NCBI GenBank assembly: GCA_947169055.1
Contig: CAMVOF010000001.1
Coordinates: forward strand, 1 to 58,397
Length of the DNA: 58,397 bases
Reading direction: 5' to 3'
Origin: an uncultured Clostridia bacterium
GTDB lineage: Bacteria > Bacillota > Clostridia > Oscillospirales > Ruminococcaceae
Shown here: piece by piece, positions 1 through 9,500 of the stretch
Layout of the letters: the number at the start of each line of letters is the position of its first letter
Numbering within the stretch: the first letter of the stretch is position 1
Position numbers and translations under genes: made by a program
Notes under the pieces: model-generated
Databases searched by the model: none
Told to the model about the DNA's origin: nothing
What the model saw: only the letters and a program-made list of their open reading frames with translations

Positions 1-192
1 CCTATTATGAATATCCGAGAAAAACACTCCGCGAATAAACCTGACATGCGCCTCGCACCGCCTGATAACAAGAGTATCGTTGCTCACAGAGACCTTGATC
101 GGCATCTCGGTGTCTGCTTTAAGCAGCCCTAAAGGATCATAGATCTCAATATTCTTCAGCCTGTTCTCAAAAATCAAAACATACTTTTTCAT
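1..192 (-). CDS. Hypothetical protein, runs off the left edge (MKKYVLIFENRLKNIEIYDPLG...)
   Basis: ATG at 192 with an AGGAGAG RBS just upstream; lies downstream of a consensus leftward promoter; not in the ORF track because it is incomplete. Confidence 0.5.
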   Translation of the reverse strand, partial: MKKYVLIFENRLKNIEIYDPLGLLKADTEMPIKVSVSNDTLVIRRCEAHVRFIRGVFFSDIHNR

Positions 193-304
193 CTTTACTC
201 TCCTTTCTGCACTTACGATTACGTTCTGCATTGTTTTTCCTTAGTTCATAGGCACCACTCCAATTCGGTTTAATTGAAAAGAAAGACTTTTTTCTAATCA
301 TACA

Positions 305-334
305 TTGACAAAGCCCTGCGAAGTGTGTTAAAAT
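305..334 (+). promoter_or_regulatory. Rightward sigma-A promoter, probably for the XRE gene
   Basis: TTGACA(305-310)-18 bp-TAAAAT(329-334) with extended -10 TG. Confidence 0.55.
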
Positions 335-377
335 ATGATTGAACTGATTTTGTTATTCTTGTTCTTTTCTAAATATA

Positions 378-406
378 ATTATACACTAAATAGTGTACGT
401 TGTCAA
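378..406 (-). promoter_or_regulatory. Leftward consensus sigma-A promoter with a palindromic operator in its spacer
   Basis: Minus strand TTGACA-17 bp-TATAAT; TACACTAAATAGTGTA palindrome at 382-397. Confidence 0.75.
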
Positions 407-753
407 TTGGCGATATACACGAAATAGTTTACTTGCCAGCCAGCCAATTTATGCAATATACACCATATAGTGTACCTTAAAGGAGCCTCTGCAATGACGA
501 TAACCGAATACATAAAGATGCGCCTCAAAGAATTAGATATGACTCAACAGCAGCTTGCTGAAAAAATAGGCATTACCAAGCAAAATCTAAACAATAAGCT
601 TAGTCGAGACAACTTTTCAAGCAAAGAACTTACAGAAATAGCCGAAGCACTTGATGCAGAAATCATTATTCGTACAGACAGTGGAGTTACTAAAATTGAA
701 TATCATAAATAAATCAAGCGCTATGCCATATTTTTATTCACCCATTTAGTGTA
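382..753. repeat. Four copies of a 16-bp palindromic operator-like site (TACACNA-WW-TAGTGTA)
   Basis: 382-397 TACACTAAATAGTGTA; 416-431 TACACGAAATAGTTTA; 459-474 TACACCATATAGTGTA; 738-753 TCACCCATTTAGTGTA. Confidence 0.7.
494..712 (+). CDS. XRE/Cro-family helix-turn-helix regulator
   Basis: MTQQQLAEKIGITKQNLNNKL HTH motif; AGGAG RBS before ATG at 494. Confidence 0.9.
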   Translation: MTITEYIKMRLKELDMTQQQLAEKIGITKQNLNNKLSRDNFSSKELTEIAEALDAEIIIRTDSGVTKIEYHK

Positions 754-827
754 TACAGCACAAATAAAGAAGGTGTATGATCCTCGGCGAAGCCAAAGCC
801 ATGGCTTCAAAATAACAGCATATCCCG

Positions 828-865
828 CCAGCCGCAGCTGTCCTTCGCCGGACAGCTGCGGCTGG
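828..865 (+). terminator. Perfect 16-bp stem-loop, probable intrinsic terminator
   Basis: CCAGCCGCAGCTGTCC-TTCGCC-GGACAGCTGCGGCTGG followed by TGTTTT. Confidence 0.6.
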
Positions 866-1070
866 TGTTTTATGTTTAATACAAATAGTGGTCAACCACA
901 ACGCATTCTCTGTTATGCCCGAGCATCACAGATACTTCATGCAGCGCCAGCCGTTTGCTGTCCTGCAACTTAATCGCCTGCAGCGTGCAGTGATTAATGC
1001 ACTACCGCAGACGCTATTATGAGCTGTGTCCTACCGCAGCCTTATGTAGTCGGTAGACTATCGTGACCTT

Positions 1071-1412
1071 GTGGTTTTTAATACTCCAGTTGCCTTTTCC
1101 TTCCTTACGAAAAAAGGGATAGCGGAGATACGTTCAAAGTTTGCCAATGATATCTTCAAAGAGAAACTGCAATCAATTTATCAAGAACAAACTTTGAAAC
1201 GGAATGAGTTGAAAGCTCTATCCGAGGATCAGATGAAAGAGATAGTAGCGGAGATCGGAGCCGGAGATGTTGACGAGGAACTTGTGGCCTTGGTAATGAA
1301 ACTGCACGAACAGCTTCAGACTGCTAAGGGAAAGAAGGTCTATGGATACCTTCCGAAAGATGTAAAACAGACTGTTGACAGTATCTTTGAGATAAGATCA
1401 GTAACTCTCTGA
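1071..1412 (+). pseudogene. Internal fragment of a MobP3-like conjugative relaxase
   Basis: FLTKKGIAEIRSKFANDIF...IYQEQT..R..L...GKKVYGYLPKDVKQTVDSI resembles the post-catalytic region of Firmicutes MobP3-family relaxases (from memory); no HUH N-terminus. Confidence 0.65.
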
Positions 1413-1830
1413 ATATCTCTTTCGGACGTTTTGCCGCAGTACAAATAAACGAGAATACCACGATACATTTCACCGTCAATAGCTTCCCGGGTTCTTGCAA
1501 TAAGAGAACGACAATATGATTCATCAACCGTTGAAATATTGATCAGTATCTGATCATACTGCCACTCAGGAAAAGAAATATTGTTTTCCTTACTGAACGC
1601 AGTTGATATAGGAGAGTTCAGCCTTAGTTCACTTGAAAGTACCTCATCCAGCTCTTCAATAGGATCATAGCCGCGGAACATAGCGGTTTTCTTCATTATA
1701 CAAATTGTATACTCCTGTTTTTCGTGAGCCTCTGCATTAAGATCAAATCCGTCTGTGTCACGATTATATGTAATGACACAGTATTCGTTTTCGAGCTCAG
1801 CAACAGCAGTTGTTTTTTTCAATGAGGTTT
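1400..1830 (-). pseudogene. Fragment of an unknown gene (coding-like part of ORF 1340..2026)
   Basis: Protein-like stretch ENEYCVITYNR...GILVYLYCGK with no credible start; its 3' end runs into the relaxase fragment; boundaries approximate. Confidence 0.35.
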
Positions 1831-2103
1831 GACAACTGCATCGACCTGTTTTCGTTTTACAAACAAAACAGCTTTCGACAAGGGTGCGAAAGCTGTTATT
1901 ATATAAAATATAGGAGATTCCGGGCGGAATCAAGGTGGAAATATGCCAAATACAGAAAGAAAAATGTGAATATATGAAGCTGAAAGCAACAAGCCGAGCG
2001 CACGAAAAAGAAAAAATCTGCCGCACGCGAAAAGATCTGAAAAACGAGTTTTTTCAAGTTTTATCGAAACGAGTTGAAACGAGCTTTTTCCCAAAAAATC
2101 TAA

Positions 2104-2127
2104 ATGGTGCCCACGATGGTGCCCACG
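2104..2127. repeat. Tandem 12-bp direct repeat, candidate integrase arm-type sites
   Basis: ATGGTGCCCACG x2. Confidence 0.6.
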
Positions 2128-2196
2128 GCGTTTTTTGCAAAGAAAAACGCTGCCTCAGAAAGCCCGTAAACTTCGTGTTGACGAGCTTTTATGAGT

Positions 2197-2215
2197 CGGA
2201 GTGACGGGACTTGAA
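2197..2215 (-). mobile_element. att-like core: 3' end of a tRNA-Pro (T-loop plus acceptor strand), identical to 16404-16422
   Basis: CGGAGTGACGGGACTTGAA; reverse complement TTCAAGTCCCGTCACTCCG. Confidence 0.75.
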
Positions 2216-2332
2216 TGCGTGCTGCCGTTTTTTGCGTTTTAAGGTAATTTGCTGTAATCCCCGATGTTAGGAGCTTTGCGGAAACTTTGCTTGAGTGATT
2301 TAAAGTGGTCTAAAGCGGTTTTTTATGAAAAT

Positions 2333-2352
2333 AAAGACCAAACAAAGACCAA
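2333..2352. repeat. 9-bp direct repeat, candidate integrase arm-type sites
   Basis: AAAGACCAA-AC-AAAGACCAA, about 120 bp to the right of the att core. Confidence 0.55.
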
Positions 2353-2463
2353 GGCCTCAGAGGGAGGTAGCAAATCAACATAAGAAACAACTTGATCAAG
2401 TCAACTTCTGCAGGTTTTTTACCGGTATTTTCTGATGGGCGCAAGCAAGTATTCAAATCTATC

Positions 2464-4179
2464 TTATTGAATCCTCACAACAGCATTTAGTTTTTTGCAA
2501 ATTTTCCTTTTTGCATTCTTTATCTTACCGTTTTCATTAAAAATCTTTTGAAGTATCTCAACACAATCTGGCTCTTTTAACTCTGATACTATTTCCAACA
2601 TCAGTCTTGCTCTAGAAGCACCAACATAAAACAAAAGCACTCCATCGTCCGAAAAGGTATCAGTTGTTACATCAATCAGGATTACTGCATCAGCTTCTAG
2701 CCCCTTAAACTTTCTGCAAGTCGAAACAGGATATTTGTTACGATACTTTCCGTCTTTTATATACGGAGATAAAAAAGATGATGTTTCTGTTTTACAGGTT
2801 AGTATTACAATATCCTTCATGCCTGCAGCAACAAGAGAATCAACAGAAGCGTTGAGCATTGTTAACGAACTGTCTAAGCTGTCATTAAAACTTATATGAG
2901 TAGGAATACCCTTTACACATCCTTCTATCAATCTCAGTTTTCGTTTGGTATGAATAGTTGTCAATGATGTAACTGCGATATTCTCCGTGTTGCGACAATT
3001 TCTGTATAGTGTTAATTTGCAATCGGCATTTTTTATAAAATCAGGCATACGTCTTGCCTGAATTAATTGGAGCTCATCATAAAACACATAAAACGAAGTA
3101 TTCTTTTTATCTTCCATATCGATAATTGTTCTGAACATATCCAATATTTCGGTTTCTTCAATGTTTTCCGCTCCAAAGTCCTGTCCCTCGTCAACGATAA
3201 TATGCTGATACGGAAATCTTCCGGAAAGCGACATATCTTCCAATAATGATTTCAGTTTAGTATAATCAGGCTCTGTTGTATTACACATTTTGCAGGCAAA
3301 CCCATCTATTGTATAAAAATCAATATACGAATCAACATTGTATTCAGCAAGATGATTTTTAAGTTTGACATTATAGCAGAGGAACAAAACCTTTTCTCCT
3401 TCACTTGCATGGCGATGTGCTTTTTCAACTGCAATTAGTGTTTTCCCGGTTCCTGCGGCACCGTTTATAACGGCAAATTTTTGATCCTGAAGAAAATTTA
3501 AAATGTTAGCCTGTTCTCGTAACAATCTATGGAATATTGTTTTCTTTATATCTGATTCAAAAGAGACACTCGGTGTAACTTTGAATTCAGGGCAGAGGAT
3601 ATCTCTTATCAAACTTCGCGTTTCAACCTGAGATAAAGATGTCTGTTTACCATTAGGCAATTCCACAGAAAACACCTGTTCAATATACTTCAACGGATCA
3701 GACAATGCCTCTCTCGGTAAAGTTATTCTTTTGTCTGCTTCCGGCGGAAATGTTTTTTGTCTAAGTTCTTGCTCAGAAAGAGACGGAAACCAAACGGCAT
3801 GCAGAAATTTGCAGTGCTTAACAAGATCAGAGTGTCTGGATTCTTTTATGTACTTTAAGAGCTTCCATTTATTTGAAGCAGCCTGGTTATATGGTCCGTC
3901 ATGACTCATTGGAATTCCGCTTGCATATAACCATCTCCCGCCGGAATATTGAATAGCACCAGCTTTAGCTTCTATACATATCATTCCTTTTTCAGGATGA
4001 AAAATTACAAAATCCGCTTCGCTTTCATAGAATGTATTTTCCTTTACCTCGGAGATTCTCATCGAGTGAAAAACGTAATACTGATCCGGAAGTAACGCTA
4101 ACGCATCAAACATTATTCCTTCCATACTTGATGAATCAAAACGCCTCGGCCTTTCGGGAATCATAATTGCCATAATCAT
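2464..4179 (-). CDS. NERD (PD-(D/E)XK) nuclease fused to an SF1/UvrD-like helicase
   Basis: N-terminal E...EADF...IEAK; Walker A GAAGTGKT; Walker B IVDEGQD; DELQ, NCRN, FKGLEAD, YVGASRA helicase motifs; ATGA overlap with drmB. Confidence 0.9.
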   Translation of the reverse strand: MIMAIMIPERPRRFDSSSMEGIMFDALALLPDQYYVFHSMRISEVKENTFYESEADFVIFHPEKGMICIEAKAGAIQYSGGRWLYASGIPMSHDGPYNQAASNKWKLLKYIKESRHSDLVKHCKFLHAVWFPSLSEQELRQKTFPPEADKRITLPREALSDPLKYIEQVFSVELPNGKQTSLSQVETRSLIRDILCPEFKVTPSVSFESDIKKTIFHRLLREQANILNFLQDQKFAVINGAAGTGKTLIAVEKAHRHASEGEKVLFLCYNVKLKNHLAEYNVDSYIDFYTIDGFACKMCNTTEPDYTKLKSLLEDMSLSGRFPYQHIIVDEGQDFGAENIEETEILDMFRTIIDMEDKKNTSFYVFYDELQLIQARRMPDFIKNADCKLTLYRNCRNTENIAVTSLTTIHTKRKLRLIEGCVKGIPTHISFNDSLDSSLTMLNASVDSLVAAGMKDIVILTCKTETSSFLSPYIKDGKYRNKYPVSTCRKFKGLEADAVILIDVTTDTFSDDGVLLFYVGASRARLMLEIVSELKEPDCVEILQKIFNENGKIKNAKRKICKKLNAVVRIQ

Positions 4180-6518
4180 TTATCCTTTCTCAGTTTTTTT
4201 ATGATCTTTTCAACTGTCAATTCAGGATCGGTGGTGATAAAGCATGTCCAATCCGTTTCAAGCGCTTTTTGATATTCATCTTCATTATTTGAAGAAAATA
4301 AAGCAATTTTTGAATTCAGCCAAATGAAATCACACTCAAGTTCCTCAAGATCCGGAAGTATTCGAATCTGACAGTTTGCATAAGGTTTTTCAAGGCCGGC
4401 AAAACTTGATTCACATTCTGCAAAATGTTCTATTCTTTCTTTTTCATCTGTGTTGTCTAACCAAGGCAATAGCATTTCCCATATTTCACGGAAAGGCATT
4501 TCGGTAGTGTTTGTTCCGGATACATATACAAGGCTGTTAGGAAGTGCCGCCTGAGATTTTACTGAATTAATCCTTTCTGCATCATTAGCTTGAGTCCATC
4601 CGTCAGCAGTTCGGACACAACTTGAATAGAAACCTATGCCTGTCTTTTCGCAAGTACCCACTATCATAGCACGATCCAGAAAAACATTAAATTCTTCACA
4701 ACTGGTTTCCGGAATCAAAGTACACGAATAACAAGCCGAAAGATTTAGCGATTCTCTTCCTTGTCCCATACTCAAACTGCAAACCGGATCATTTGAACAA
4801 GTTATAGCAGATTCAATTGCCTTTTTGAAAATTGAAGGGAATGTATCAGACCTTCCCTGTCTTACTAACCCTCCAAGAGTACCTTCCGAATCGCCACTGG
4901 CTGTATAAATTAGGATTCCGCTCATTTTCTTACCGTCTTTTACTTCACTGCAATAAACTCTTTCGCGCAGCGAGGCGATACTATACCCGCACTCAAAGCT
5001 TAGCTGTTTTATCAACAAATGAGCAATTGTATGCAGCAACAGGAATTTAGACGTAATAACTCGCGTGCTTTCTCTTCCGACATATGATGCTTTATATGCT
5101 TCATTGATACGAGAAGTTCTATCAGTAATTTCTTCACAAGACATGGCCCAAGCAGAAATAGCATCAGAATCAAACTCTACAAAGATACCTTCTCCTCGAA
5201 CTTCATATGCCGGATACCAATCGGTCTCAGGTTCTTTAACAGAAACAATTTTGTCATTTTGAACCGCATTCTCATTACGTTCAATCGGATTTATCCGCGT
5301 AAACCCTACCAAAGCTTGTACTTCACGAATTTTATGTATCAACGCTACCTGACGGACATATGGTATATTATAATCTTCGATTTTTGTTGATTCCCTGTAG
5401 AAATCATCTTTTTTATCAATCCTTACTTCAATGTTTCCGCTGAGAGCATCATATTCATCAAAGCGATACTGCAATCCTGTATTTAACTCATCTTCAGAGG
5501 AATCCATCCATTTTCGCTTCAGGATCGGAATAATTGCATCTTCAGGAATCGCTGTTTCTAACGAGATTTCCTTTGCCGCCTTTTGAATCAATCCAATCTT
5601 TTGCTCATTCGATAGTTCTTTCAGTATCTCTATCATACCTTTTAATATATCCTTATGTTTAACAAATGAATTACTTTCCTCTATACGCGTATTCATTTGT
5701 AAAGAATAAGGAGGTATCACCAAAGAACTCCGTGTTACCGGATAATAAACTGAAGAACTTCCTCTCTGTTTTACAACTGGATACAAACTACATTCTTCAG
5801 CTGTACCTTTCCATGGATGGCGCCCTGAACACTTAAACTTGTATTTGTTTTCGGTTTTTTCATCTAACTCTTTAAAGGCGTTTTTGTCAAACGCTCCTGA
5901 TAACGTCGTTTTGGCCTTGCAAGTTTCGCATGTAATCTCTAATCCGTCTAATCCTTCTGTAGAAGAAGCACCTGTTTTAAATGTAAGTCTCGGATTATTG
6001 CAAATAGGTTTAGCACCGCCCCAGCTCTTAGCATGAACCCATTTCACCCACGGGAAATCGTCTATATGACCATGCTCACAAACAGTAACAATACGAGCTA
6101 CAACCAAACTTTGCCTGCAGCTTGGACAACTCATATGTTTAACCATATACGGATCTGACTCTTTGTCATATGGTCTCCCATTAAAATTGTATTCTTTTAT
6201 CCAATCGGCAATCGATTGGAATTTTCTGCATTTGGGGCAAAAATACCATTCTGGGAACCGCACATATGATATTCCTTCCTTGTATCTTACTTCAGAGGAA
6301 TTTCCGGGCATTCCGAACTTATTAACATGAAGAAGCTTAGCAAATCTCTCATCATTTATTTGCGTCACTTGTTCCTGCCAATACTCCGGCGCAGCTGTCA
6401 TAAGTGTCTGATCTTGAAAATCTACCATTGCCCCGACTCCGTATTGCAAAATAGCCTGTGCTGCCCGCACAGAATGTGAGATACGACTGAGCTGAACCTT
6501 CTCTTTGACATTTCTCAT
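4176..6518 (-). CDS. drmB: DISARM DrmB-like DUF1998 protein with a C-terminal extension
   Basis: GVGAMVD, RFPEWYFCPKC, CEHGHIDDFPW, RGEGIF, HTIAHLLIKQLSFECGY..ASLRER, GTLGGL, CSNDPVC..ACYSC..PETSCE; ATGA overlap with drmA. Confidence 0.88.
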   Translation of the reverse strand: MRNVKEKVQLSRISHSVRAAQAILQYGVGAMVDFQDQTLMTAAPEYWQEQVTQINDERFAKLLHVNKFGMPGNSSEVRYKEGISYVRFPEWYFCPKCRKFQSIADWIKEYNFNGRPYDKESDPYMVKHMSCPSCRQSLVVARIVTVCEHGHIDDFPWVKWVHAKSWGGAKPICNNPRLTFKTGASSTEGLDGLEITCETCKAKTTLSGAFDKNAFKELDEKTENKYKFKCSGRHPWKGTAEECSLYPVVKQRGSSSVYYPVTRSSLVIPPYSLQMNTRIEESNSFVKHKDILKGMIEILKELSNEQKIGLIQKAAKEISLETAIPEDAIIPILKRKWMDSSEDELNTGLQYRFDEYDALSGNIEVRIDKKDDFYRESTKIEDYNIPYVRQVALIHKIREVQALVGFTRINPIERNENAVQNDKIVSVKEPETDWYPAYEVRGEGIFVEFDSDAISAWAMSCEEITDRTSRINEAYKASYVGRESTRVITSKFLLLHTIAHLLIKQLSFECGYSIASLRERVYCSEVKDGKKMSGILIYTASGDSEGTLGGLVRQGRSDTFPSIFKKAIESAITCSNDPVCSLSMGQGRESLNLSACYSCTLIPETSCEEFNVFLDRAMIVGTCEKTGIGFYSSCVRTADGWTQANDAERINSVKSQAALPNSLVYVSGTNTTEMPFREIWEMLLPWLDNTDEKERIEHFAECESSFAGLEKPYANCQIRILPDLEELECDFIWLNSKIALFSSNNEDEYQKALETDWTCFITTDPELTVEKIIKKLRKDK

Positions 6519-9500
6519 TTCTTCTTTTCATCCTCCCATATCAGTACATTTGCAGATACGGCTGTATCCACATTTCTCATAGAAGTCAGAGTATCAAACG
6601 CACTGTCATAAGGACCGGAATTAAACGGCTTCATCAGACGACCTTCATCTGCGGCAGGCTGAGTATCACCGAACAGGTACTTTTGTCCGAAAATAAAATG
6701 ATCCTCACCGTATTTTTCAAGCAGACGCATCCATTTTTCTATAATAGCATCAATTTCATCATTTATTTCAATACTGTCATCCTGCATATTCGTGTTGATC
6801 TGTTTTATTATTTCCGAACAACGATTTGTCAAAAACAGCTTGATCTCCGAAATTGATCTGTTAAACTCTTCAGGCGTAAATGATGCAGCACTCTTATCCT
6901 CTTTAAATACATCAGGATGCATATTCCTGAGCAACGCTATCAAAATTGCATGTAAAGCTCGCTCTCTTGCAGGAGCAGAAAAAGTGGTTACTCCTGTCGG
7001 TTCAACATATTTGTAGAAAGAATCATGATAGGGTTTAAATTGCTCAAAATGAGACCGATCCCTACTCTTTGCACCGTCATACATTGCAAAGGCGATGCCC
7101 GGATGTGTTCTTCCGATTCGGCTTGATGCTTGAATGTATTCACTTGTTAGTTTTGGCTGACCGACCAACAACATAACATTCAATCTTGCCACATCAATAC
7201 CGACAGAGATCATATTTGTAGCTAACACTACAGTAGAAGGATATCTCTTGTTTTCTATATTGGTTTTTGAGTATTCGACTTTCTCCAGTTTATCTAACGT
7301 TTCATTCAGCTTGGTTGTCGACACACGACTGGTTAATTCATCTGCATAGGCCATCATACGGACATCACGAGCGTTCCCAAGCCTATATACCATACGTTTC
7401 ATAAAATCCTTGACATCATCTTCGATCAAAGTTGAACATTTTCCCAAATCACGCAAGCTGTTAAAATATACCGTCAATGTCCATAAGCTGTCTCGGATCT
7501 TATCCGGCAGATCCATAGAACTTGCTGTTTGAAGCAACGCTGCTATTGATCGAATTTCCATCATAGCCTTTGTTTTACCGGACGGCATTAATCCGATATA
7601 ACGTCTTCCGAATTTTCCAATACTGTAATCAATAACAGATTCTTTTGCAAAAAACGAGTCTTCTGCATCCAATCCCGGAGCTGGGAATTGACATACCGGT
7701 CTGTTATAAAGCGATGCACATTGTTCTTTTGCTCTTCGGATTGTAGCAGTTGATGCTACAATTTTAGGACGGTTCCCTTTTTGGACACAAAGCATATCAA
7801 TTATCGATTCATACAAACCAACCATTGTTCCGAGAGGACCGGATATCAAATGTAACTCATCCTGAATAATCAATTCCGGGGCTCTGTTATTTCGGTTAAT
7901 TCCAAAAAACGCTCCGACCTCAGGCTTCCACGGGAACATAGCAAATTTATCCACTGTTCCGAACAATAAGGTCGGCGGATCTGCATACAGCTCCTCATCA
8001 ATCACTTGAATCGGCAAGGAATCCCGAGAATAGAAATAGCAACTTTCCTGCGGACAAAACAGTTGAAAATGAGAGCCGGAAACTCTGTAGCCAAATTGCC
8101 CTTTCAACTTACCGTCAACAACTTCTTTTACCATCTTTGTCCCGCACCAAGGACATTTCAGCAACTGGAATTTACAGTTCTTTTCCTTTTCTTCTCTCAA
8201 ATTGGCTGCAGTAGCCTTTAACAATGAAGCTACCATATGCTTAGCTGACTTTTGGGATTTTCCGTCTACAACTTTATTCGGAATATGGTTGCTACCTACC
8301 CAAAGTCCTATTGATATCGGTTTACTACCAAGATTATATGTACCGTACACAGGCTTTTTTCGACTCGAATCCTCTCTGATGAACTCGCAGGCACAAATCA
8401 TAGTCGCCGCTCTTGTAAATTGTTGTGCCGTGAGCAGACGAAGCGTATATCTCATAATGACAGTTGTGCCGTCAGATGTCTCTAAATGCGCAAGTCTCCT
8501 GTAGAAAATAGTAAAAGCAGTCAAGCCGAGATATGCTTCTGTTTTACCGCCGCCGGTCGGGAACCAAATCAAATCTACCAAATCTCGATCTTCAGAATCT
8601 TCTTCAACAATCGAAGCTAAACTCATAACCATAAAAGCTATTTGAAACGGTCTCCAATAATATTTATCTTCAGCTTTATAATAATCTATTCCGTTTAAAA
8701 TCGCAGAAAGGTTTTCATCTCCCGGATAAATGTCTGTTGAAAGTTGCAAACGAATATGTATTCGCTGCATAAACATTGCTCGATTGGCAAGTTGAAAAGC
8801 GTCCCAAGCATCACGTTTTTCCTTAAGGATCTTCAATCCGTTCATCATTCGGGAACAAGATTTTTCACAGTTTTCAATGTTGATCTTTGCTGCATTATGA
8901 TATTTCTTTTCAATGAGAGGAGCTCGTTCCTTTATTTTTTCAATCCATGCACAATAGGAATCAACAATCTGTCTTAATGATTCAATCTTTAAAGAACGAT
9001 CTGTCTTATCTAAATCCGAGTAGTACCTCATAGAAAAAACTTTGTCGTCTTCGATCCCCATTCCAGAAGGACTGAAATCCATACCCGGAACTTCTGATTG
9101 AGGAAACAAATCTGTTTGAATATATCCATTTCCGTTCTGATCTATCTCCCAATTTACTGATGCTCCCAGTCCCGTTCCGTAATTCTTTTTATTTCTATAC
9201 AACATTTCAAGAGACTGTTCCTCAATATCTCGACCTGATATATCAGAAATGGCAGAATTGTCAATCAAGATAAAACTGTTATCTTTAGTGTCGACGGTAA
9301 TGCACGGTTGGAACAAACAATTTTCCCCATCTGGATAACCCACGCAATCATTTACAAGCATAATTGTTACAGAAGCAATCTCTTCGTTTATAGATTGCCG
9401 AAGTGCTGTTACTTTTGCTGTGGTTCCGTCCAATTCTTTATTACAATCAATATATTGTTCGTTGCCAAACTCCAAAGTAACGCTGATTTCGTGAGGAACA

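Noticed and set aside
749-973. ORFs 749..973 and 1935..2204
   Set aside because: They run through hairpins and att/arm repeats, with atypical composition and no recognisable motifs
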